A stretch of DNA of 61,656 nt, filler included, from Asterionella formosa (Eukaryota), in assembly GCA_002256025.1 (NCBI GenBank). It is 24 parts of 24 records of this genome, joined end to end, with 100 filler letters (N's around TTAATTAATTAA, not from the genome) between each part and the next. Parts side by side here need not be neighbours in the genome. Positions count along the whole stretch, not along the records: positions 48,935 to 51,402 come from NKIB01015229.1; positions 51,503 to 53,967 come from NKIB01015231.1; positions 54,068 to 56,532 come from NKIB01015232.1; positions 56,633 to 59,095 come from NKIB01015233.1; positions 59,196 to 61,656 come from NKIB01015234.1; 19 more parts are not named here. One strand, 5' to 3'. The position numbers and the translations under genes are program-made. Positions 50,339 through 61,656 of the stretch are shown one piece after another. The number at the start of each line of letters is the position of its first letter. Positions within the stretch are counted from its first letter, which is position 1. A model generated the notes under the pieces. It ran no database searches. It was not told where the DNA came from and worked only from the letters and a program-made list of their open reading frames with translations.

Positions 50339-51402
50339 ATGCACCTGAGATCCAATGTTGAAGATGACATGAAGTTCACAAAGACTGTTTTGACAAGAAA
50401 GATTTTTATAATTCATAGAAAGACAGGAAGAGAGGCAAATAAAGTGGTTCTGGCGGAAAATCTTCTGGTTTACATGTATCGGCATGGTCATCGTGAGAAA
50501 GGAAGTGGTCGGCGTGAGTTTTTGTACCTGAAAATGGAAGGAGGAGTCAAGCCCCACTTTCCATCTGGAAAGAATGCATCTTTGTGGGTGGATACATGTG
50601 TTGCAAGGAGATTGTGTGGTGGGAGGAAGGATGGCAATGTAGTAATTGATGAAATTTTCACAAAGGTGATGACACCTTCTGCCAATAAAAGAAAATGCGA
50701 CTTTGGTGAAGAAGCAAGGAATAGTGACAATACAGCAGATGATTCTCGTCGTTCTGACTCACTTTATGATAGCAATCAACCTCATGTTCCTGGAATTGTC
50801 GATTGGTGGACTTCTGGCGATGCCGGCTCCTTTTTGCGCCATTTGCCAAATACAACAATTATTGCAATGTGAAAGGACGTTGTCATGGACAGAATTGAAC
50901 TATTTGAGTCGGTGAATCAGAATTCAAGCAATTGGAGACTTGTTGTTGAGGAAGGGGATAAGGAAAATACATGCAGCTCCAATGATACATTTATGATTCA
51001 ACAAAGATGTATGTATTTGGTGATTGCATCGCACAAGTTTGTAAATGAAGAACAAACTGGAATGAGATGGACATGGAAGAAGTGCATCATGCATTCCATG
51101 AGTGAAATGAACGATGTTGTTGTTGAAGTCTGCACTAACTGGCAACCTTTACAGCGATGGCATCGTCGAATTGTTAATAGGTTCAACAATACTTTCTTGA
51201 AGGCACCATCTGCCAAGCAATTAATGCCACCATTTTTCCGGGAGCACCCAGATGCTATGGATGCATTTAAAAGATATGGAGTGGTTCACTTGAAGGAGCT
51301 GTCCATTGAATTGATGCATAGCTATGTGCATGATAGCTTGATTCCAGCGACAATGAAGAGTGGGACAGGCATTGTTTGACGAAGACACAACAAGCAACAA
51401 CA
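50339..51402 (+). pseudogene. N-terminal part of a probable IS630/Tc1-like transposase, frameshifted
   Basis: WTW..C..LQRWHR..PPFF..HPD....K.Y...L.ELS.EL.H.Y.HD..IP resembles, from recall, the region before the DDE core of diatom transposases. The catalytic core is not in the contig. Confidence 0.45.
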
Positions 51403-51502
51403 NNNNNNNNNNNNNNNNNNNNNNNNNNNNNNNNNNNNNNNNNNNNTTAATTAATTAANNNNNNNNNNNNNNNNNNNNNNNNNNNNNNNNNNNNNNNNNN
51501 NN

Positions 51503-53967
51503 AAGGATTGGGGCGTTCGCTGGAACCTGACCTGAATTTGATAGATTTTGCTATTCCTTTCGTGCTCGGGCGTGCCATGGTCTAGTCTCAACACTATGAC
51601 CGGGCTGCTGAGGCTTTACAAATATTTCTGTATGATGGGAGGAGCTACCAGGGTACTAGGAGTCATCGGAACCGTAGGAATTATGGCCAATGCCCGTGAC
51701 GGGTCATATCCTATGCTTGAAATGATTCCTACAGTATTTGCATGTTCAAATTACTGGTAGATCATTCGAGAAGGTATGTTCTTCATCAATGCCGACAGCT
51801 TACCCCTCGATTATGACGTAGATATACTAGCAGGAATTCCTGCCTATAGGCATGACGCCATCAATATACCGGTAATTATACTACCGTACGGTTTTTTATT
51901 ACACCGGGAGGATCTGCCAGTATTTCATGTTGTTTCTTTGGGCATGGTGTATAATAGGAAAATACTGCGTGTGCCAAAGGTTGGTTGCCGAGTCATCAGA
52001 ACCATAATATTCTAGCAGATGCCCGTAGTGGGTAATCACATTTTCTTTATCTGATTCCCTTTTGCATGTACAAACTAGAATACCGGTAGAGAAGTCTTGT
52101 TCCTCATCAATTTGACAGGTTAAGACTAGACTACCTCTTTTATTGTGGAGTATGATACAATTGCAGCAAGTACTGTCTGCGTACTTTACAGATTCGATAG
52201 AACATCGGTCGAGTACGTGTAAATATAAACCGACGATAAATGATCAATTTTATTATATACAATTAATCAATCATAGGATTATATGAAAGAAAGTACCGTG
52301 GTTCTTTGTGGACCTTTCAAGGAGTATACATAAATATTGCTTGCCGCGGTAATCAAAGAATTGGATCGTTTCGTCAAGAATCAGCCAAATTGTCGTTCCA
52401 ATGCGTCTATTCGCCTACATCGATTCAATCCTATTTGAAAATTCTGCCCACGTAAGTGGTACTTGGCACCTTTTCTTTTGGAATTAGTCAAGCGATAATG
52501 GAAATGACCTCCCATTGTCAACAAGCCCGAATTGTCAAATCAGTCAAATTGTTGTTCCTTTGCGTCGATTCGTCGGCATCGATTCGATTCCCATTTGAAT
52601 ATTCCGAAATTCTAGATGGCATCTGTTCTTCTAGAATTAGTCAGCAGTCTTTGCAATGAATTATTACAAGCCCAAAACGTCACATGATGACTTCGCCTTT
52701 CGAAGCAAGCTCTATGTCATTTGTGTGTAACGAAATGGTCGATTTGGGTGAATACCGTGAACTGTTGAACACATTACGAACTAAAATGCCTTTGACTACA
52801 ATGGGAACGGAGGTACTAATTCAATTACCCTTTCGATGAAAAATGACTCCACTTTAATATGACCTCCTATTCCCAGGATGATAAAATGTGGAGTTTGCGT
52901 TTTGTGCTGGTACAAGGTACCAGTACCTAACGTTTTGTGCTCTTTTGGTCGATTACCGGTATACAGACACTAAAATTAAACAAGTGGAGATTGCTTGCAC
53001 ATGAGGTCATTCTCAGTGCTACCTGTATGTACTATCACGAGTCTTCTGCATTCTTGCTTTGAATTTTTATTGACATGCAAGGAACCGAAGGAATGTAGAA
53101 ATCCACAGGCCCCCACCATACATAGAAAGGACGGTTTTCTCTCTGAGCACAAGTCAGCTATACTTCTCGTTCCTTGTACCAGGCACTTGGTGACACTCCG
53201 TTTGAATTATTACACCTACCGGTATTTATGTATCTAGCCGCCTTGCTTACTTGCTGACATACCTTTAAACTTTCTTTCAATTCCTACTACCTGCAGGGTA
53301 CTATCGATGCATGGGAAAGATGATGCATTGTCATCACAAAAGACATTATGACCTCGTCAAAGGTCGAACCACCGGGGAAATTCACAGCTTTCACAGCCGC
53401 CATTCTGCCACGGCATCATGGAAAATGTGATCCTCAGACCTGTGTCATCCAAAGAATAAGTATTCTTGGTAATTAATCGTTTTGTGCTATCTTGCAAGTA
53501 CAGATGCCAGGTTTGACAAAACCTTGTTCCAATCACGGACTAACAGGAGGCACTTGATGGCATCGGAAAAACTGCTCTGTGAAGTCTTTCTCTGAGGGCA
53601 ATTTATAACCATTTCACGGTAGAAAAATGCGTGGTTATCAACTCACTGTAAATCTCGTAAAAAAATATATGTAATACCGGTACTCCACTCACGTATAATC
53701 GATCTCCCGATTAATAATGTGGTGACTTCGATAAACGAAGGATCATAATTCTAATTTTAAACGAAACATCGTCAAACCATTATTGTGAACGAAACAAAAC
53801 TATCGAATTTTCAAAAAAAAATCAACTAAGAATGACTAAGCCAATTTCCCAATCAGCTACCGTCAACGATACATCAAGAAGCTCCAAAAAGCGAAGCGCC
53901 TCTGTCAGTGTTGATCCAGTAGCACTTCTCAACGATGTCGGCATTTCGCACTTGCAAAGCGGGAAGT
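51503..53967 (+). repeat. Second allele/copy of contig 2584-5064
   Basis: Colinear end to end with 2584-5064. Confidence 0.97.
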
Positions 53968-54067
53968 NNNNNNNNNNNNNNNNNNNNNNNNNNNNNNNNN
54001 NNNNNNNNNNNTTAATTAATTAANNNNNNNNNNNNNNNNNNNNNNNNNNNNNNNNNNNNNNNNNNNN

Positions 54068-54326
54068 CGTAAAATCCATGATACAATAAAGTAATGACAA
54101 ACTTGCTCCCTTCAAATGGTATAATCATGCACCTCTTGGCCAAATTTCTGGATGCATCAAAATTGACAAAAAGTTGAAAGAAAATTTTGTATCTGATGAT
54201 AGCCCTTCTGGAATCAACTTGAAGAATTTTGCAGACTCATATCGAACTGCAGTTGAAAAGTGGAGAAGCAAAATTTCGGACGAAACAAGAAACGAGAAGG
54301 ACCATCTTAGGTTCTTTGGGAGTTAA
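54068..54326 (+). CDS. 3' end of an unknown ORF convergent with the Plavaka-like transposase
   Basis: About 78 open codons (SNDKLAPFKWYNHAPLG...DHLRFFGS*) ending at TAA 54324-54326, followed by AT-rich intergenic sequence. Confidence 0.45.
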
Positions 54327-54533
54327 AAAGAAGAAATAATGGACCATTGGATAATCATTTCTTAGGAAATTGTAGTTTGTGAAAACCTCATAATAACCAA
54401 TTTAGTATGTGAAACTATATTGTTACCATTATCATTTATATTATTCTTATATATTTATCAACGTTTGCTTGTTAGTTTTTGGTCCAACCTGATTGATTTC
54501 CATAAATTACGTGGAGGCATTACAACATAAAAA

Positions 54534-56532
54534 TTATCTTTCCGTATCTGTTCCAAAACTTCTTGCGGTGTGTTTCAGAGATTTCCTTGATTCCTGTGGT
54601 TTCAAAGCAGGAACAACAAATGCTGCCGAAAGTATCATGTTATGAAATTCAACAACGCTCAATTCAGTTGTATCATTGCATAAGGTGTCTCCTCTTGCAA
54701 AAAACATACGTTTATGAATTTTCATTTCAGTTGAACTTTTCAAGGAACGAATACACACTAAGAGAATGGTTGTTGAGTTGGAGAAAATAACATTTCCCCA
54801 AAGAAGTAGTTTTGCAGGAACTGTGTAGGAACTTGATCCATCTCCCTTCTCCCAGTTCACTTCGACCCAGTCAAACCATTCACGACCAGAGATTCCTGCC
54901 TTTGAATCATCATTCCACTTCGGATGGCATCTGAAAATATTAGTTTGGCCGGGAAAATTACTTTCAATTTTAACTTGATAATAAAAGTCAATCCTTACAA
55001 TGGAAACAGGCCCAATCCCATCTTCAAGACTTTTGATTTTTGCTATTTCTATTGCTGAATTCGCAATGCTCTTTACGTAGTTGGTCCCCTTCGGTAAATC
55101 AGGATGAACCAATTGAGACAAGGGTGCATCCTTACTCCGTGATACATGCCCAATCTTATTAGGGACACCTGCTATAGTCCATAGACCATTTGATGATGAA
55201 GCAGAAAATTGAACTTTAACAGGAAGGGCTGGTGAATGGATTTTGGTAGGCGATATTCCAAAAATTTCAGGCGACCTACTAGGCAACATCCTTGTATCCG
55301 GAATCATTCCTTCGAAATCAATTTCTGTTGAAATACCCTCATTTACATTGATGTATACTTTACTCATCTTCTTTTGTTTGTTTTCTGTATGTAATGAATC
55401 ACTTACAAAAACAATTTTCGTGCCAATGCAAACTGCCTTGTTTCATACGACCTCGTTAAAATGTCATGCTTTAATCGATGTAATTGTCCACTGACACGCT
55501 AACTGGGTCGTTTCAATTTGTCTTTCAAAAAAGACTCCAAATATCCACCAAAGAAATTAAGAGGAGATCCGAACTTCCTAATCAGATTAGGGTAATGTTT
55601 CATTCCATGAAATTTTGCCATTCGTAAGCCAATTTGAGATATCATTTCCCGTTGGGGACCAATCATAATCTTAGTTACTGACATAAATCTCTTAACGCTA
55701 TAATTTATCAATACATGTTGATGTATATTGTGGTATGAATAAAGTGTCATTGATAGATATACATAATCATAACAGCAATGTGAAATCCTATTCTAGATGC
55801 ATGTTCTCTGAATCCATCATTCCACCCATTGAAAAAATAGTTAACAGACATAGCTAATCCGGGAATTTCTTGCCTTGCCCTGACATTTTTGACAAAGCTG
55901 TCATCCCAGATCTGTATGACAATTTTGGAATATCACGATCGCTTTGCCTTTCCAAATGACTATTGATATATCTAGCACTTTGTTCGAAGTATTGTTTCGA
56001 AAATACATTCCTGGTGCTGGTACAAGTGTTGGGTCTTTATTTTTGCCAGTGTAGATATTTTTGATAACTGTTGCGTGTGTCCTTTTTGGTCTTTGCCCGT
56101 TTCTTCGGTTGCTCTTGATCAAGAAAAGCAGAGTCTGTTGTTTCAGTGTTACGTATATGATTGGAGATGTTTTCTGGAATATCTGGAGATTTTCTTTCTT
56201 TAAAAAAAACATGTCCATTCTTCAGGGATAGTCCGATAATTGTACAAAGATTCCAAAATGTACTTTGATATTCCAAGTAGTAATTAAAGAAGAACCTCAA
56301 ATGGAGTTGCACCAAATAATCCTTCTTAAGTCACCACCAAAAAATGATTTATTTGTGCAGGCGATATAATCCATTACCACCCCTGAAGCCACAAATTTTA
56401 TTGTGTTCTTCTGTATCACCAATGATCATTCCAACTTGGAAATAAACTTTTGTCATACCAAGACCATGAACCCAAATATCGTATGACTTGTTTGGATCTT
56501 CGAAAGGCGACAATAGAAATCCTGTAACAGAA
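54534..56532 (-). pseudogene. Degenerate Plavaka-like transposase, second copy, retaining the C-terminal domain
   Basis: KFHGMKHYPNLIRKFGSPLNFFGGYLES, FRCHP, WFDWVEVNW, VPAKLLL. Highly similar to 23935-25181. Confidence 0.85.
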
Positions 56533-56682
56533 NNNNNNNNNNNNNNNNNNNNNNNNNNNNNNNNNNNNNNNNNNNNTTAATTAATTAANNNNNNNNNNNN
56601 NNNNNNNNNNNNNNNNNNNNNNNNNNNNNNNNATGCGAATTTCTAATTTTAAATTAACCCGTTGTCGCCGAGGGGTACGCAG

Positions 56683-59058
56683 TTAAAGATCAGGAACCTC
56701 AGCAGTGTAATGCGCAATTTGGTAAAGCTTTGTAACGAAATTGACAGACAGGACAAGAGCGAGGGCCCCACCCAATACAAGAGGACCACGGGGATCATCC
56801 CAGCGCCCTGGAATGCGGGTCTTGATGCGATCTGCGCGCCACAAGAAAAGATGGAGGGCGTAAATGCAAAAGCACATGGAAAGCACCATCAAAATCATTG
56901 CATAATACATGGACCAGTTGCCTTCATCTTCTTCCGCCGAAAATGCCAAGATACCCGATGCGACACTGGAAAGGATGATTCCATGATGTAGCCAATGCAA
57001 GAAGGTACGCTCATTCGCGAAAAAGACCTTCGGTTCAATCTTCTGAACTGACGTAGGAGCCATGGCAGGTTCAGAAAACATATTATCACGAGAACAGAAA
57101 GGGAACAACCACCCCATACATGTGTCCTCGCCGAAACAGTCACCCTCCATAGTCTCACGCAAGACCTCTTCATCCTCCAGATCTGCTTCATCGTAAAAAC
57201 GGGTGCCGTAATTTTTAAGCTGGCCCATGTCGGTCGTAGCGTTTACAATACCCGCATTGGCAAGCGCAGAAGTTGAGGCTCGGCCAATAGCTGTCTCTGT
57301 CCGGTCGTCGGCAGTGGAACCAAAAGGTAATAAATGAGTGTAAATCTCATTGGCTCCTTTTCCAACTCCTTGGCTAATATCAACCAATATTCTCTGCCCT
57401 TCAGAATCAATAATAGACTGCCGAACCGATGCATCGTCAATCCAGTATGGAACAGAACGAACATCTTCAGGCAACAAAACCGCACAGCCATGGATGAACT
57501 TTGAGAACTTATGGACTTCGTACAGCATACCCGAGTTTTGAAGGTCAGTCACCCATTTAGGGGCAACCAAATTGCTTCCCTTGAGCTCTAACTTCACTTC
57601 CAAAACAGCGTGTGGAAAGCGAGTAATTTCGCTGGCTGCAAGCAATTCCGACGGATCTCTGTGCCAATTCTTCATATTTTGGAGATCGTAACCACGCTCC
57701 GAGATCATGCAAAGGTTAGTATCGAGTGAGATTCGTACAGTCGCATCAAAAGGGATTTGAAAGGCAGTTCGCATGTATTGGGTGCGCATAGTTGGGACGA
57801 GTTGCTTGGACGAGATGACCTGAGTAATTTCACGAGACAAGGTTTCCCATTCGTCGGCTTCTTTTTGGGACTTCCCTTTTCCGAGCATTTTCAACTTTTT
57901 GCCTTCAACATCATAAGCATTAGTCATCACGGCTTGGACCTCCGATTCGTCAATCTTTTGAGTAAGGAATTGAATTGTGTAAGTTTATTTCTCATCCACA
58001 AAATGAGGAAACTTCGCTTGTTCCTCCACTTTGTTTGTACTTACAATAAACCTTTCCTTGACACTAACTTCACCAACCCACTTTTCCCGATGTGTCTTTC
58101 TCTCGACGAATATGAGCGACGGATCGCCAGCTCCATACCATCGAAGGCGAAGCGCAATGGCGCCAGGAGACTTTTCCAAACGCCCATGGTATAACTCGAG
58201 CTGATCGTTATCCAAGTACACCGAATTGGTCATTTGTGAATCTGACTCTCCGGTGGACGTCTTTTGCAAGAAAACAGGAAGGTGACGAAGGATAGAGTAC
58301 TTGACCTTCGAGACGTCTTCCGTCTTGATCCAATACTTGGTTGTGGAACGCAAGAAGGATTGTGATTCGTCTTCGTTTTCCTGCGCCGCTTGGTCATTCC
58401 GCAACGTCGAGTAAATACTGGAGAGCCGAACAACCACGTCGGAATAGTCTCCCCGAACCCAGGCCTGAGCATGCATTCGAGCTACATAAAAAGCTTTGCA
58501 GGGGTTCGAAGGGACGTGCTTATCGTGCTTCTTGAGAATCTTGTGGAATCCCATAAAATTGATGTTGACGTACTTTTCAAGCCGTAAGAAGGCTTGAGCT
58601 AATCGGTCAGTTCCTTCGCGAACCGCTTCAACTGCCGTTTCATTGTCCAAATCGAGTTTATTGAGGGCTTGTTCGATGGAACCAATATCTTTCCGAAGTT
58701 CAGTTACCTGCTTCAGAGTGAACACTTCCACTTTGGCCATTTCGGCATCTACGCTGTTGAAAAACGCTTCCGCGGTCACAGCGGTCTTGTCATCTTGCGC
58801 GACGCCACGGGCGTTGGTCGGAGGCGGAGTCGTCAACGATACTTGGCGATTCGTCAAGTCGGCGCTGGTGCGTGGATGCAACGGGTGAGCGAACGATCGA
58901 CGGTGGTCCTTTGCACCATTCATCGCTTTGATGTCTTACTTTACAGGTGCAATATCCGAAAGCTCTCTGATAATATCATCCAGTTTGTCGTAGTCTAGAT
59001 ATGGCTCAGGGCCATATTCAGGAGCAACGTTCTCCTTCAAATGCTCGCCGTATTTCAT
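56683..59058 (-). CDS. VTC4: Vacuolar transporter chaperone 4 (SPX-VTC-DUF202 polyphosphate polymerase); introns 58865-58939 and 57955-58044
   Basis: SPX: MKYGEHL..YLDYDKL..NFMGFHKILKKHDK. VTC: RSTTKYW, SVYLDN, LRLRWYG, ERKTH, VKERF, YMRTAFQ, RISLDT, LEVKL, KFSKFIHG. TM domain: FANERTFLHW. Both GT-AG introns restore the frame. Assignment among VTC2/3/4 paralogues is by motif recall. Confidence 0.9.
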
Positions 59059-59819
59059 TGTTTTCAAGGTCTTGAATAGTGGCTAATGGGTTTGGNNNNN
59101 NNNNNNNNNNNNNNNNNNNNNNNNNNNNNNNNNNNNNNNTTAATTAATTAANNNNNNNNNNNNNNNNNNNNNNNNNNNNNNNNNNNNNNNNNNNNGCCTG
59201 CCTCCCAACGATTGTCATCCAAGTACCACGCACATTGATGGCTTCATTACCTTAAACATTCTCCATCCTTCGAAGGCGCAATGTGTCGAAGTCACAATGT
59301 TTTTCGTTATGTATTGCAAAAAATTTCTTTTCTTGTCATGTGCTTTACTACGACGTATCTTTTCATGAAGCAGCAGGCATTGTTTGTTAACATGACAGAA
59401 CGATTTCAAAAATATATATGCCATGGATATAGAAATAAAATTTGTAAATATATATATATATTAAGTGTTATACATTTATAAAATTCAAACGCGCTCTCGA
59501 TATGGAACATCTGATATGGTTGAGATGATCATACTCGCATATACATAATTCGAAAATACTCAATGCACTATATGTCCATTGTTTTCCACGACTACGTGTA
59601 CCGGAATTGTTTCTGAAATTTGTTTGCATCGATATTTTCTACGTCCGTTGAAACTAATTATTTAGACCGTTAAATAGCCGCCAGGGTTTTGGTAGAAAAT
59701 TGTTTAAGCTCCTTTTTTGGTCGGGAGCTCTTCATGTGTACCGGTACATCATATGACAATAACAATATATCATATATATATACAGAGTACCAGCAGCAGG
59801 TAGTAAGTGATATACTGGG

Positions 59820-60340
59820 GGTAGTCGGAGTAGTAAACTAGCAACAGAACACCATATGTTCGGGAATGTTGCTACTGCAGTGGGACAGTAAATCATCATA
59901 GTTTTAGGATCGTATGATCATAAAACTATAAACCAAAAGAACACCATATGGTCATGACTGTTGCAATTACATTGGGACAGTAAATCATCATAGTTTTAGG
60001 ATCGTATGATCGTAAAACTAAAAATAAATAGAACACCATATGTTCATGACTGTTGCAATTACAGTGGGACAGTAAATCATCATAGTTTTAGGATCGTATG
60101 ATCGTAAAACTAAAAACAAATAGAACACCATATGTTCATGACTGTTGCAATTACAGTGGGACAGTAAATCATCATAGTTTTAGGATTGTATGATCGTGAA
60201 ACTGAAAAGCGGTACCGGTAGTCGGAGTAATAAGCAAGCAATAGAACACCATAGTAAATCATCATAGTTTTAGGATTGCATAAATAGAACACCATATGTC
60301 TATGACTGCTGCTACTACAGCGGGACAGTACCGGTAAATG
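59820..60340 (+). repeat. Tandem repeat, ~90-bp unit, 4-6 variably complete copies
   Basis: agaacaccatatgttcatgactgttgcaattacagtgggacagtaaatcatcatagttttaggatcgtatgatcgtaaaact repeated. Confidence 0.93.
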
Positions 60341-60364
60341 AATTTAAGATCATCAAACTTTAAG

Positions 60365-60722
60365 GAAGACAACGACAACAGCTGGTCGTGTTGCTGGTCC
60401 ACTTTTAATGGCCAAAGAAGGAAGCGACGAAAAGATCACCATTACGAGCGGAACGAGAGAAATCGCTTACGACGCCAAGTCTGGACGATTCTTTGAGACT
60501 AACTTGCAGGAAGAAGAATGCATTCCTGACGAGGAATACTGTGTCGTCGATCCGGAAAGTGGGGATCTCATTCGTCTCACAGTAGCCGAAAAGGAGCGTA
60601 TCTTTCTGGACGCGCTTCAGTCCTACTATGCCACTGGAAGGCAAATGCTCAAGGAGGATGACGAGTTTGACCTATTGAAGGAAGATTTGCAATGGAACGG
60701 ATCTGACATGGTTGTCATGAAT
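60365..60722 (+). pseudogene. PGRL1: Truncated PGR5-like protein 1 fragment
   Basis: EEYCVVD..LTVAEKERIFLDALQSYY..GRQML...EFDLLKEDLQWNGS.MVV is the PGRL1 N-terminal signature. No signal peptide upstream; homology stops after VVMN. Confidence 0.8.
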
Positions 60723-60922
60723 GTTTCTTCCTTTTTGTGATCAATATCCCATCGATCCATTTGTTCTTGCAAATGTTTTACTCGATGCCACCAGTCGAAA
60801 CGATTGAGGTAATGAGTAGATATTGGAGATATATAGAAATAACATCCTCTGCAAATGCATTGTTTCATAGATACGAAATTAGTTATCATTTACTAACAGC
60901 TAGCTAGGTATATGTGTTACGG

Positions 60923-61273
60923 TTAGATCTCTTCCATTTCTCCTTCAAATTGCATCATATTTCTCTGAACACTACTACCCGTAGTATGAACATTTTCTTC
61001 TCTTGCAGCAGCATATCTTCTGTTCAGCTCCTCAGTATGGCAAGCTCGTTCCCTTATATTGTAAGCAGAGAAATAGCCCGATGTCTCAGCATAGCACTCA
61101 ATGAAATATTTCTTGAATCTTTTTTTATCGAGTCGCCTATACTCAGGAATGTCACTGTCATGGAGATCCTCCATAGTCATCTGGTAGAATGCTTTATAGC
61201 TGTTGTTTGCCTTTAACATCTCTTGGTGTTCTTTGGGAACTGTCAGGTAATGACGTTCCATACGTTTTGTCAT
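60923..61273 (-). CDS. Hypothetical 116-aa protein next to the repeated transposon-like end
   Basis: ATG-initiated ORF with protein-like composition; no recognised motif. Confidence 0.35.
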   Translation of the reverse strand: MTKRMERHYLTVPKEHQEMLKANNSYKAFYQMTMEDLHDSDIPEYRRLDKKRFKKYFIECYAETSGYFSAYNIRERACHTEELNRRYAAAREENVHTTGSSVQRNMMQFEGEMEEI

Positions 61274-61440
61274 GGCTTCCTTGCTTTTATGAATTTAACT
61301 GGCGTGATAATTAGCCAGGCTGACGAGTTACTACTGGTACCAGGTAGTACGTCTACATCTTTTATCAGCACCTTTAAGTAGCACCTACGGTTATGGTGGT
61401 ACTATGTTTTTCCCTATTATTTTCTGTCGCAGCTCTGTAG

Positions 61441-61656
61441 AGAGGCTGTGAAAGTCAAAGCGCTGCCCCCCCCCCTCTATTACACCGGAAAAATTTGGTA
61501 AATCACCCATTATCGTGCGTTGCAACGGCCCGCGACAGGGTGGCTGTGGTTATGGAGCAGGGGGTAGAACGCCACAACATGACGAAGTCCCAAGGATCAT
61601 GAATGGGAAGAAAACTTTGCTGCATTCTGGTGGTACCATTGGACTTGGGAAACAGC
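61441..61656 (+). mobile_element. Terminal segment of a putative DNA transposon (copy of 38379-38562)
   Basis: Direct sequence match in inverse orientation. Confidence 0.7.

Noticed and set aside
2484..59195. Regularly spaced TTAATTAATTAA motif, and ORFs ending in X..LIN
   Set aside because: Artificial contig linker; its periodicity and any cross-spacer gene neighbourhood are not biological.
59820..60340. CRISPR-like appearance of the repeated units
   Set aside because: Units are contiguous ~90-bp tandem copies with no unique spacers, there are no cas genes, and the context is eukaryotic.

Overview
This is not a contiguous locus. It is 24 unrelated contigs of about 2.46-2.48 kb, joined by 100-nt artificial spacers (N-TTAATTAATTAA-N), so synteny only holds within a contig. 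The source is a eukaryote, almost certainly a diatom: silicon transporter, PGRL1, plastid-targeted DUF4336, VTC4, short GT-AG introns, and CoDi-type Copia and Ambal-type LINE elements. The multiplied SIT suggests an araphid pennate (Fragilaria/Ulnaria-like), which is inference. Host genes: an StcE/TagA-like M66 metalloprotease filling contig 1 on the minus strand (missed by the ORF track), a kinase-armadillo protein, an S1 sulfatase, a SIT with at least three tandem transporter units in one ORF, DUF4336, TM9SF3-like nonaspanin and VTC4. About half of the window is decayed mobile DNA: five Copia pieces, a LINE with RNase H, three Plavaka-like transposase pieces, a DUF6818 protein and an IS630/Tc1-like fragment. 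The most striking unannotated signal is that non-coding DNA is rich in TA-[CCGG/CTGG/CCAGG/CAG]-TA motifs. Two allelic contigs and a tandem repeat show these as presence/absence insertions at TA sites, as expected for Tc1/mariner-type excision footprints, and they pile up into nested arrays. Other leads are a transposon-linked 2OG-Fe(II) dioxygenase relic, Plavaka elements with convergent cargo genes (one GNAT-like) and a captured PGRL1 fragment.
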